64,000 bases of DNA from Heptranchias perlo (lineage: Eukaryota). Under the pieces are notes generated by a model, which had not been told where the DNA came from, ran no database searches, and saw only the letters and a list, made by a program, of their open reading frames with translations. Position numbers and translations under genes: made by a program. This document shows positions 49,508 through 61,437 of this stretch, piece by piece; position 1 is the first letter of the stretch; each line of letters begins with the position of its first letter. The stretch lies in NCBI RefSeq assembly GCF_035084215.1, contig NC_090339.1, forward strand, positions 31,930,001 to 31,994,000. Reading direction: 5' to 3'.

Positions 49508-51991
49508 GTAGTTTGACATTTAGAATCTTTTGATACTTGTTTAATCCCCAATGTAACTGAATACTTCCAGTGTTGTCACCAGGTGTTTTTAGTATATTGT
49601 TACCAGTATGCCAAAGCAAATATTGCACCTAAGCTAATACTTTTTAATATTAATCCAATATATTTCTTAGTAATGCTCTTAATTCATCACCTCAAATCAT
49701 TCTCACCACAGCCATCATCAGTGAGAAACCAGTAAATCACCAGTACTTCATAGTGTTATAAAAACAAATCACATTTATGTAGTACTTGCTACGTTAGACA
49801 TAACTAAGTACTATTTCTGGCACCACCCAAGTTTGGAAGAAAATCTAAAAACACTGTTGTGTTTTCATATTATGTCCACTTAAACTGAACATTTCACACC
49901 CTATGCTTTACTGCAAGCCTGGTGACAATGCTATTGAAGTCTTCCGTATTGCAATAGCTAATGTCTTGTTAAAAATCCAGATTCTACACTTTTGTCATTT
50001 TATTTTCTCTCTCTTGATGTTCTGGCCAATATTCATCCATTAACCAATAGCATCAAAAAAACCCATATGAATTGTTGGTTAATCTCATTGCTATTTGTGG
50101 GATCTTGTTAAGCACAAGATGGCTGCTGCTTTTATCCACATGATAGTAAATGGACAATTCTATGTGAAGATCTTTGGGACACTTATGAGAAATGTGATAA
50201 GATGCTACATAGATACAAGTTGTTTCTATGAAGTTGTCATACTTGCCCCCAAATGATAGAAATGCTGTCTATAGCTGATGCCTAAGAGGGGGTGAATGCC
50301 CTTTCACTCCCAGTGGGTAGTGCTTGGCCTCTGGATGGAACAGTTGAGGTCAGGCATTGCAGGCACAATCCCACATCCAACCACTCCATGTGCAATGTAT
50401 TTTAGTCCAATGTACTCTGCCACCATATTGCCTCACCTGAAATTTCCATTTTAAATTTCATTGCTATTCATGGTTCCACTTCTTGCTGTCATGTGTTGAA
50501 CAGACAATAGTAATGGTTTGCTTGAGATTCACCAATGATTACATCAGTGGAACAGTTGGGAGCAGGAGTAACTAAAGAAAAAGGGCAATACAATCTGAAG
50601 GAATATACTTGAGGATTGTTTGTCAAAGTGTTAAGATTAGTGATTTACTTCATGAATTTATCTAAAAGGGAAGTTTCATTTGTGATTTGCATCTTAGCCA
50701 AACTATAACTAAGCTCTGCAATCCTTGCAAACAGGGTAAGCATGTACTTTTTATTCAAACATTTCAAAAGGGATTAAAAGATAAATTTCTTCTGATTTGC
50801 TGCTGTTCATTTTCTTATTCCAGCAAGCCCCATTCCTTGCTTCCTCTTATTTACATTTGTCTTCTTTAGTTCAAATTACTGTAGGAGGCAGGGTTGATGG
50901 TATGGCATTATACAATGATTGACAGGTGTCCCATATCAGCAATACATATAAAAAATATTAAAATACTTTGCACCTGGAAGGGAAAAAGCACTCTAAAATG
51001 CATGGATAAGAATTGCTATTTATTAGAGATTCTGCCCACTTGTTTCCAGGAAACCCTGCATTATCTGAGCTTAACAAGCAGTGGGAAACTTACCAGTGCT
51101 CTGGGCTGGTAAGCTGCATGGTTTAGACTGTTAAACTACAACAGTAATCCTATGCATACTTGGATTTGTAAGCCTTGGCAGTTGGCAATCCGTGTCTAAA
51201 TTCTTTGGGCTTGGGTATGTGGAGTTTGTCCCTATGGAGAAAAATGTGTACTCCATATTAGGCAAACAAACTACTTACATGGGTTTTTTAGATTAGTTTG
51301 TTGAACATAGTGCATGTCAGACCCCCGCTCCCCCAAGAAAAGTTTAAAGAAATACAGTAATTAATGTAAAAGAGAGGAAAGCTAAACAGAATGAATCGTC
51401 ATAGCTACTATCTATTTATTTTCCTCACATGCTAAATTACCTATTCTACTGTTGGTACCTTCTGGGCAAAAATTCCTTCACTTATGGATGCACTTTATTG
51501 CATGTATAGACACTGATGCACAGGAACACTGGCCGAGAGGACATTATCGTACAATTCATCTGGTGTTCAGCTAAGTGGAAATTAGGATTGAAGCAGCTTT
51601 TCCCCACCTTCCCCTCAGCTGTTACCTTCACAAAGTTACCATGCAGTCCTTGGCTAGGAGCAACTGGAGTCCATATATGGGTGCCAAAATAATTTGGTCA
51701 GCTGGTTCTTATCGTTAAGCAGCTGCAAACTGTACAACCCACTTCTGTGCCAGGTGCAATACAAAGCCATTTCTGTATGTGTGCACAGAGGTACTTGAGG
51801 TAGGTGTGCCATGCTTAAGTTTCCTTTTAAAAATATACCATTTAGCAAACCTGGAGCCATCTACCGCTAAGATGGCTCCATCTATCGCCATATAATAGAA
51901 GGTGTGAGTTGGATATCCTGAGAGTGTATGAATGAGTTTTGACCAAGTATAGATACCGGTTATAAACTTTGTTTATATTTATGATTGGTAG

Positions 51992-52192
51992 CCACTGATG
52001 AGGTGGACTTTATAGAGTACCCAGATGACTTTGAGGAGGGAGAGGACGATGTTGCGGACATAGTATGTAACGCTCGCACTGCCATAGAAATTGAGGCTAA
52101 TAATGAGGCATTTCGAGAGGAAGGTGATGGTCAAGAAGAAGCTGCTGTCAACCTGTCCACCACCATTAAGATTCTGCGAGAGAGGTGTATAG
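51992..52192 (+). CDS. nek12: NEK-family kinase, coding exon 2
   Basis: ttggtag acceptor; TDEVDFIEYPDDFEE...KILRERCI; G/gtagga donor; phase 1 at both ends. Confidence 0.78.
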
Positions 52193-53549
52193 GTAGGAAG
52201 GCATATGAAATTTATTTTTATTCTGCAATGGAAAAGAGAAAGCCTGGATCCTGGCTTACTGTCCACCAGTTAGTACATGGGTTGTTAGATCATTACGTTA
52301 TATGATTGCATCAGAATGTTGTGTGGCTTAAAAAAAAGTATAAATTTGTGCAACGGGAACTCCAGAGTCATTTCTGTTTTTTTTCTTCGGGTTCCTTTTT
52401 TTCCTGCGTTAATTTAGATGAGAAGCAGAGAGAATACTTTATATTAATATTCAAAGTTTGTGAGGTTATTTAAAGTCACCCTAATTATTTTCTCCTTTGA
52501 GTCTCTCCCTGTTATACACTAACCAGCTGAGAGGACAGACTGGAGACCTGTTACCAGGCCTTCACCAATACCGTACTATCGTTGGTTCCTAAAAGTGGCA
52601 AAAGAGCAACAGGAGATGACTGACCCTCTGATTGTCCTTCTCTCCCTTGCCTACGCTTCATCCTCCCTTGTGACTGTACAACTCGCAGTGTGAGAAGTCA
52701 TGGATGAACACCTGCATCTTATTATGTCATGATATGATATTTTAAAGATCCAACTCAATGTGCAATCCTCAAATCAATTTAAACCTGTTTGTTTTCTCAG
52801 TATATGTGATACTGAGCCATTCAAACCAGAAGGTCCTAGATTCGGTGCCCACCTTAACTGAGTTGGCTGATCTCAGTTAAGCCAGCAGTTAATACTACAA
52901 TTAGCCTCTGTGGTTAGGGAAAAATCAGCTTGGATTCCCACTCCTAATTGCTACTCTGTGAAGCCTGCTGGCATATACATGTGTTTGTGGAAGTTGAGTG
53001 AGGGCAGGATGTCTTCCACAGTTGAATAGCCTGCCAGAACTCACTGTCTAGACTTATTCGTGAAAGGTGGACACTTGGGTGAGGTAGCGTTATCAGCTTT
53101 GGATGCATAATCCCACAAATAAGGATAAGAAGGCAGAACATTTTAAAAAAATGATTCATGTATTTCGAACTTGAGATCTGTGTTTCAATGTGATTATCCT
53201 TTTGGAATGGGAGGATTCTCTAAAGTAATAGAGGTTTAAGAAACCAGTTTAAATTAGCAGCACAGAATACTGGTCTTATTTATAGACCATTTTGCTCTAT
53301 AGGTTCCTACAGTTGTATTGGACAATACTACACGCTTTTGTAACTGTGTCTAAAGCTTCCAAGGCTATTTGTGAAAGGTTACAAAATTTCCTGCTCCATG
53401 CATTGGGTACAAAATGTTCTGGTGAAAGTTGTGCTGACTGTGGTGCACAGGAAGCTATTTGATTATGGCAGGTATATTTCTAGGAATACTTCATGCTTTC
53501 ACATGGAAAGAAGATTTAAATCTATTTTTATACACTTAAAAAGCATACA

Positions 53550-53870
53550 GTTATCTTTCACCTTTCACATAACAAAATGCCCCAAGGTGATTTGCAAGAA
53601 GGAGCAATGGATGCTGAGCAAGAAGTGAGAGAGAAGTTAGGAGAGGTGGCTGAAAGTACGTCAAGGAGATCTGTTTTGAGGACTGGGTAAGCGATAGCAA
53701 GATGAAGAGATCTAGGAAGGGTATTCCAGATTGCTCTGGTGTGGTGGCTGAAGACTCTGTCACTGAGGGTTAAAGGGGGGTTGGGGCAGAAAATGCACAA
53801 TACATCAGAGTTGGAAAAATGAGGGTGCTTACTTAGATGTAGGGTTGGAGAAGTCTTGACAGACTGCACA
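53550..53870 (-). mobile_element. L2-type LINE 3' fragment
   Basis: Reverse strand has gtcttcagccac...tctggaatacccttcc and an L2 tail. Confidence 0.65.
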
Positions 53871-55413
53871 TGTAGACTGGACAGCAGTATTTGAAATGTT
53901 TTTGTTAAAGTGCACTGTATTTTTTCAAACGTGATGATTCTTCTCCCCCCATCCCCCCAATCTTAATACTGTTCTGACACAGCACTGAGGGGCTCAGGTG
54001 GCAAAAGGCTTTTAATTGTGAATTCCTCAGTTTTAGTTTGACTTTTTCTTCCACTGTTGACTAATTATTCTTTTGTTTGAGGTGTCTGCCTTAAGTTGAC
54101 TTGAACTGGCGAACAATATCAACTTTGGGTGCCTTATCTCAAAACTCCACCCTTCCAAAAAACTTGCACTTGGGCTCTGTGTAACAGATGATCTGATATT
54201 AGGAGCTTTGATTAGATTTTCCTTTTAATAAAGGTTTTTGATCAGTCAGAACCATTGTACTTATGTACTTGTAAAAACTGGATTGGACCCCATAGTGTTT
54301 TGTTTGGCTGGTTACGAAAGTTTTTCATTGGGATTTGTTTGTGAAAATCTGACCCATTTTTCCAAGAATACTCCTAATATCACCACTTTCTTTCTCCCAC
54401 CCCTATATAAATACCATCTGATACAGAAATCTGAGTCCACATAACACATTCTGCCTTTTCATGTATCTTTTGTGAACTTTAAAATAGATCCATCCTCTTA
54501 CAAGGGAAAAGGTGCAGGGACAGTGCCTTTTTAAAGCTACTCATCTTGTGATAGATATGAAACTGAATGTTGTAACTGTGACACTCTTCAGTTACATGTT
54601 ATATAAGTACTGCTACCATAAACCATTTTGTTGCAAGATAACAGACCAGTGAGCCATTGTTAGGGAATTTCTGAGAATTCTGCATAACATTTGAGCAGAG
54701 TAACAAATACATCATGATAATCTCCATAGTAGCTGAGGAAAGGAATCTGCACTGTTTACAGTGACTTTCTAAATTCTGGTGGAGGAGGAACACGGTCAGA
54801 TCTTCTGCCGCCCTCACACATCAAGGGGGTGTGCCTGGGGAGTTCCCAGGCTGCCCCTGGAAATACCACCCATTGCGCCCTTTTAAGGCCTCAGTGGAAC
54901 TCACACCAGCAGAGAGGTGGCTTGAGTCATACTGAGGGCCTTAAGAAGACCCCAGACATTTACGAGGGAAAAGTAGTTAACTCTGGAGGGAATCGATTGC
55001 CTTCCCCAAGAAGTCCACTTGCTCCAATGGGTGCAGAAGATTGAAGAAATTAAATTTTCCATTGGGCTCTTGCCAGGCCTCCTCTCCACCGTCAGATTCT
55101 GACTGATGCTTCGGGGAGGATGCTGCTGAGGCTCCCTGGCAGGCACAATGTGCCTGCTGCAGTTATGCAAATGACCCTGTCCCCACACTTTGGGATGGGG
55201 TCCGCATCTTTGGTCATGGGCAGAAGGGGTTGTAGCTCTGCTGCGCTTGCGTTGGTGGAGTGGATATCAGCAATTTTAGGTCTAATGCATTTACGGTTGG
55301 AGTGAGCACTTTAGAAATTGTTCTTGAATTGATATTTGATCCATTTGTTTTTATCTTTAACAGCAATCAGCCCAGTTTGAAACCGAATTATTGACAATGT
55401 TCTGTGTTTACAG

Positions 55414-55568
55414 ATGATGTTGGTCAGACTCTTTTCCATGAAATTGCTTCTCAATTTCTCAAGGGCTTGACCCCCGAAGATCTCCAACCTCAGTTTGAGC
55501 ATCGGTTGGGCTCAGATCACTTGGAGACTTGCTACATTATCTTCAACATGGATCAAGAAAATGCTTGA
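55414..55568 (+). CDS. nek12: NEK-family kinase, last coding exon
   Basis: gtgtttacag acceptor; DVGQTLFHEIASQFLKGLTPEDLQPQFEHRLGSDHLETCYIIFNMDQENA-stop in compatible phase; total 504 aa. Confidence 0.75.
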
Positions 55569-57753
55569 CTCAGTGTACAACTGCAAAGGATGAACTGAAT
55601 CATTGCTGTTTTTTATTTTTTAAAAACGCCAGCGCTACCTGACTGATTCTTGCAAGTACAACTGATTGATGAGCACTCCATTATACATATTGTTATTGAG
55701 TCTCTGAGCTACCTGCCACACTCTGTTGCCCCTGTGAGCACGACAACATCTCTATCTTTTGAGCAGGAGTTTTGCGCCCTTTCTCACTTTTTTGTGGACA
55801 GTTGGTTACCACGTGGTTGTGAAATATTCTAAATTTAAGGGAAATATTACACTTCTGTATTTTATGCAGTCTTTCTCTTGATGTCTCCCATTGCTTTTCC
55901 CAAGTTTTGTTTGGTATTATTTTCCCTTCACTTCGGTCTGCACATTTCCCCTAAGCGTTGACAGATGACTTGTGCCTAAACTTTTGCCTATGGCACTATG
56001 AATCTGGCATGTTAGGAAGTCAAGGATGTTTCACCAATTTCATTTTTCCTTCCCTCTTTGGGAAAGCTTCACCCACTGGTGCCTCAGCTTTGACTGCGAG
56101 CTTATGCTGCAGGCATTGCAGGGGCTGTGGGGACAGGACACTGGACTAATTTGAAAAACAACTAGATACTGTAATGAGAAGAAGGTAGGGTTGATGGTCT
56201 GGAAGGATGAGATCAAATGGACTGAAGGCTTTCTTCATTCTAACCTGTTTTGTGAATGAAAGTTTAGATGGGGAGTATTTGAAAAAAAATTATCCCATTT
56301 TTATAGCAAAAAATATACTTTTACCAGATATTTCTATAACTATTTTTTTTAAAAAAGCATAAATTTTCCTACGGGCATAGAGACTCTTTAATAGGACCCC
56401 TTCCCTGCTAGGCTGTTCAAACATCCTGAGAATTCCAGTTTAGAAGAGCCTGGTGGCAGCTTCAGAGCCGCTCAATCCTGTGAAATCATGATACAGGTTG
56501 GGAAACTTGGATTCCCAGCTTGTAGCCTGGTTTCCTATGGTTGGGAGGTGGTGGGATTTTGCAGTGGCTTTCTAGTCAGTATGAAGTTGAACCCTGTAAT
56601 TGGTATCGGTGGAGCAGCCAGGCTTGAAGGTCTCTGTGCAGGCAGGAAAATTGACTTTAAAAAAAGTCAAATAAATATCTAGTAAGAGTATTTTGAAAAA
56701 GATAGAGTAGTTTGGATAAAAATGTGGAATACTTTGAACAAAAAGTACCACCCTGCCCCCTCCCTACACTTTCTTTTCCCTTTATTATATGGTGGTGCAG
56801 TGGATTAGCATATTATCCTTTATCTCTGGAAAAATGGATTCAACTCAGGCACAGACATGAAAGTCTTCTGACACTTTATACATCCCACATTAAATGTTTT
56901 TGAGATAGTGTTAACTCCATTCCTAGTGGGCCACACCACAAAACTACAAATTAATGGTAACCAGAGTTAGAGGCCACACGATTGTTGGTGTAGGTATTGG
57001 AAATATTGCACTAAAGCAGTAGGAGATGCTGTCCTGAGGTTGGGTTAAGGCACAATGTTGGTGTGCATGAAGTCTTTTTCTCCATAGCTGACTAGGAGTT
57101 CTTAATGCTCACCATGGACTCATTGCATCAAGGATGTTCCAGTATCCTGAGATTGTTGCCATACTGTTTTTTTTCCCCCTCGCTCCTCATTTTTATCTTC
57201 ACTCCGCCTACCTGTTCACTCTGTTTCATTCCTCTTCTGCTCTTGTCAACCTCAGTGATATGCTGCACTATGGGCCTTAGCCCTTCACTGAGGTTTCTTC
57301 ATTAAAAATAGTTCTCAGCACTTGCTGAAAAATCTCAGAAAAAACAGATGACAATATCCTTTGTTGTCCCATGTAGCTGGGATTTAACCATTCAACAAAA
57401 ACATTTTGGAAACTTCCATTTTCATTTTCACATTTGGGTGGGTGAGGGTAAACTTGAATTGAGAATTAAGACTACACAACATTTAGTTTCATATCTATCC
57501 CAAGATTCTCAAAGTGGGAAGCATGTTAAAAAGGAAAATTTTTCATTCCAAGAGAATGGGCTTTAGGTTAAAAGGTGTAGTTCAATGAACTTTTTGTCTT
57601 AATGTTAGTGGATAATGAAGTAACCGTTTTAAAAACCTGTGGGGATGATTTCCTCTAGTTGCTTTGTGTAGCTTCTTCATAAATTAATGAGGGATGATTT
57701 CCTTTATTTGGTAAATTCTAAGTATGTTCTTTTTGAATATATAGCCATACATA

Positions 57754-58469
57754 GGCCCAGAATTTGCTGGCAAAATAATGGCGAATTAAAGGCGCTTGCC
57801 TTTAGTGTGCAAAAAATCTAGCAATTTGTGGTGAGGAAGAGATACAGCATGAGTTGCGAATTATAAACAAATTGCTGGACTATTTGCATCGCTCCACTGT
57901 TAACCTCACAAAAAATAAAGCTCGCCGTTAACCTCCCCATGAGTGTCAAGAAATTTCTGCATTTGGCTGTATAAACAAATTAAACTCATCGCAGAAAGTT
58001 AGGGCTGCTATTTAATGGCGTAAGGACCCTGTTTCCAAAAATGGCCTTCCATTTTGAAACCAGTTAGTGATTAAATTATAATTTTTCTGCACATGCCACA
58101 TAAAGAAAGCAACAAACTAATTTGTTTAACTGGTTAAACCGATTTGTTAAATTGATTTGTTCCATAGCAAAAAAACTTTGAACAACACATTTTCCTGCAC
58201 GTAATTCGGTGATAAACTTTGTTTAAATAATGCTCAAGCTGCCACTTCAGAGCTTTGCTAACCATTCAATTCCTTAAATCCCATTGTTTAAGGAGATAGA
58301 CTATTGATCCAGTCATTCACCAAGGCCCCAAATGCCCTGTTGACCTTGCCATGTGGTTATCGGCTCGCACATCCAGCAATATGTTGTGCAAAAGTAATTG
58401 GAGCTGAAGGGTGAGGTAAAAACAACCAGCGCACGCCGCAAGAAGTCCCGCTCCAGCAAATTCTGGGCC
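57754..58469. mobile_element. Harbinger-type MITE (716 bp)
   Basis: Perfect 17-bp TIR ggcccagaatttgctgg / ccagcaaattctgggcc with an ATA duplication (57751-57753, 58470-58472). Confidence 0.88.
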
Positions 58470-59431
58470 ATAGTGACTGGCAGAAATTATCTCCCCTTTC
58501 TGAAGAATATTTGAAATCCTATTTAATATGAAAGTTCTTTAATTTAATCATGACTAAAGTAATACTCCTGGTGAATGTCTGTAATGGTGTTTGACACATT
58601 GTATTGTTAAATGTTTTAAGAATGTATAATTTTAGAGCAGGTTGCAATATAGGAATTGTATAATTTGATAACTTTAATACACAGCCAAACCTGGCTAGCA
58701 AAGACATTTTAAATACAGTGTCTCTTTTCATCAGACAAGTAGTGATTGCATTTTTTTTACATAAAATCTTTGATATCCTCTGGTTAGGTAGTTTATAAAC
58801 TCTTTAAGTTAGTTCAATCAAGCTTCATGTGCAGCAACCACTATCTTGTTGAATCGTGTATGAATGCAGATATCATTTGATATAAAGATTATAATAGATT
58901 TGATCAGGTTTAGGAAATGTATATATTGCAAAAGGCCAAATTCAGCAAATACTAGTGATGGCCTTAGTAGTGATTAAAAACATTTTAAGAATTGGTGAGG
59001 AGAGGAAAAACATATTTTACAATTTCAATTTTTATTTTATAATTCTTAAAAATTATTTGGTAGTACTGATTGAAAGGCTCTTGTGGATTGTTTAATAGTA
59101 TCAATTGAAAGGGTTTCACAGATTCTCCAGCCCTCCTTTAAAAAAAATCAAAGGAAGAGTATATCCCTTTTTGATGTGGGAATCAGCTGGGCGGGGGGGG
59201 AGACAAGATGGGTTATGACACTCCTACAGTTGGGGTTTGAGGAAGGATACTTTTACCTGTATTGTGTGGGTGTATGAAATGTGTTTTCTACTAAAATTAG
59301 TGCATGTGGTTAAAATGGTACCACCGTAGCCACACCTGTGGCGAGTCAGTAATTTCTATTGTCAACACTGCACTAAATAATATAACACACTCAGTACATA
59401 TAACAAACTACCATATTTGAATTGAAACATG

Positions 59432-61425
59432 GGGCTCGATTTTACCAGTGGGTTTCGTGTGCGTTTCCAGCGGGGGGGCCCCGAAAATCCCGATATCCAG
59501 GCACGTGACCGGATCGCGCCACGATCCCGCCCACTTCCGGGTTCCCCGATGACGTGTGGGGGTGCGTGCGCAGCCCCCGCTGGTGGGAATCCCGCAGGCA
59601 ATTAAAGCCAGCGGGATGCCACTTGAGTGTATTTATTTTGCTTGTTCAGGTCATTAACTGACCTGATTAAGGGACTGTGTGTGATTTTGGAGAAACATGG
59701 GACTGTATCACACACTGGGGGAAACAGTCCTAGTTGAACTGGACGTGTTGCAGCCGTCAGCCTGTGGCAGCTGCAAAGGTCCATTTGACAGTTGGGAGGT
59801 GGGGGGAGACCCTCACCCATTGCAGGAGGCCGCTCTGTCACTTGGGACAAAGTGTGGCCTCCACCACCCCCCACCTGACGGTCAAAGTCACCAACCTGCA
59901 CACTCACCCCGGGGTCCGGAGACATATGCCTACCTTGCGGACCCCCTCAGATGTACATATTGCGGATGGGGGCCGCCGTAGCTGCAGTCATGACCTCCTC
60001 GGAGGGCGCCAGCCTCGCCATCCACGCCGTCCACCTCTGAAACGTGGAGCTCCACAACAGAGTGCTGTGACACATCCACCTGTACAGCAGGAGGGAGGGC
60101 TACCGCAGAGAGAGACGCGTCGCAGAGGGCACTACCCTCGCCACAGGGTCCACAGACCGAGGCGCAGCTCCCCGGACCTCTCTGAGCAGCAGTGCACACG
60201 GAGGCGCAGATTCACTCGACATGTAGTTGTGGATATCTGCAGCCTCTTTCATGCCGAGCTGCTCCTGGCTGGCCCCAGCACCATCTGCTTACCTGTCGCT
60301 GCCAAAGTCAGCACTGCCCTCCACAACTTCTCCTCCGCATCCTTCCTGGGTGCAGCCGGGTATACCGCCGATGTCTCTCAGTCGTCTGCGCGGAAGAGCC
60401 CTGCAAATACACCTGCACCTACTCTGCAGTAACACAATGGGTGGCATCAGTGGTGGGTCCTCATAGTGATACCCAGGAGCAGGCATTATTGCACAAAACA
60501 GACAGGATTCGCGGAGACATGGCAGTGGTGGTGCCAATATAATGTGTGATGTGAGTTGTTCTGAAATTCAATATAGGTAACACCCATGACAAACCCTCAA
60601 ACACCCTTGTGCATCCCCTTCATGCTCACGACACGTTTGCCTTACGCTGCCTACTGCACATATGTGATGCATGCCCTGTGGCTGCAGCACAGGTGGTGGC
60701 AGGTTGAGTGAGGCTGGCCGTGAGGGAGATGCACGAGAGGGTGCGTATGGGATAGAGCCATGAGATTATGTGAGGATAGGGTTGCGTGTTATTGGCGGGG
60801 TGAGTACTCGCGAGGTGAGTAGGTGCAGGTAAGATGAGGATGGGGTTTGAGTGGGTATGAGGGGTGATGTGACAGAGTGGTGTTGGCGGTGCCGAAGGAG
60901 ATGTGGGGTGGGGGCAGTGTTGTGGCAGACGGAGTGTAGGGGAAAGACTACGTGTTCTCACTGTGGCTGACCTACTGCGGTCATTGGAGCGCCTCCTGCA
61001 CTGTATGCAGGTGGGCGATATGTTGGTGGTGCAGGTGACCTCCTCTGCCACCTCGAGCCAGGCCTTCTTGGTGGCAGAGGCAGGCCGCTTCCTCCCGCCC
61101 GCCGGGTGGAAGAGCTCTGTCCTCCCCCTCCTCCTCACCCCATCTGATGATACCTGGGGTGAGGCATCATTAAACTGGGAGCAGCCTTCCCCCTGGGCTG
61201 CTCCATGCTGTAATGTGTTCTATTGGTTGCAGCATCTGTCAGTGGAGGACTGCCCCTTTAACTAGAGAGCCTCCAGCTGACAGATCGTACTGCGCATGCG
61301 CAGCCCGCCCGACGCGCAGACCAGCAGCGCGGAGCCCGGAGGAGCAGGTAAGTGGATCCAATTAGTGTGTTGCCTGCTACGATCGCGCGGGCAACCCACT
61401 AATTTCACCGAGCTTGTTAACCACG
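59432..61425 (+). mobile_element. Non-autonomous internally deleted Harbinger, copy A, lacking its right terminal ~50 bp
   Basis: Left TIR gggctcgattttacc; transposase 5' remnant (LPVAAKVSTAL) and Myb/SANT exon 1 remnant (KKAWLEVAEEV); stops abruptly at gttaaccacg. Confidence 0.92.
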
Positions 61426-61437
61426 GCTGTTAACCTG

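Noticed and set aside
54770-56660. Moderately GC-rich patches at about 54770-55290 and 56390-56660 as extra exons
   Set aside because: They look like degenerate DNA-transposon remnants, with no phase-compatible frame, and their termini could not be defined.
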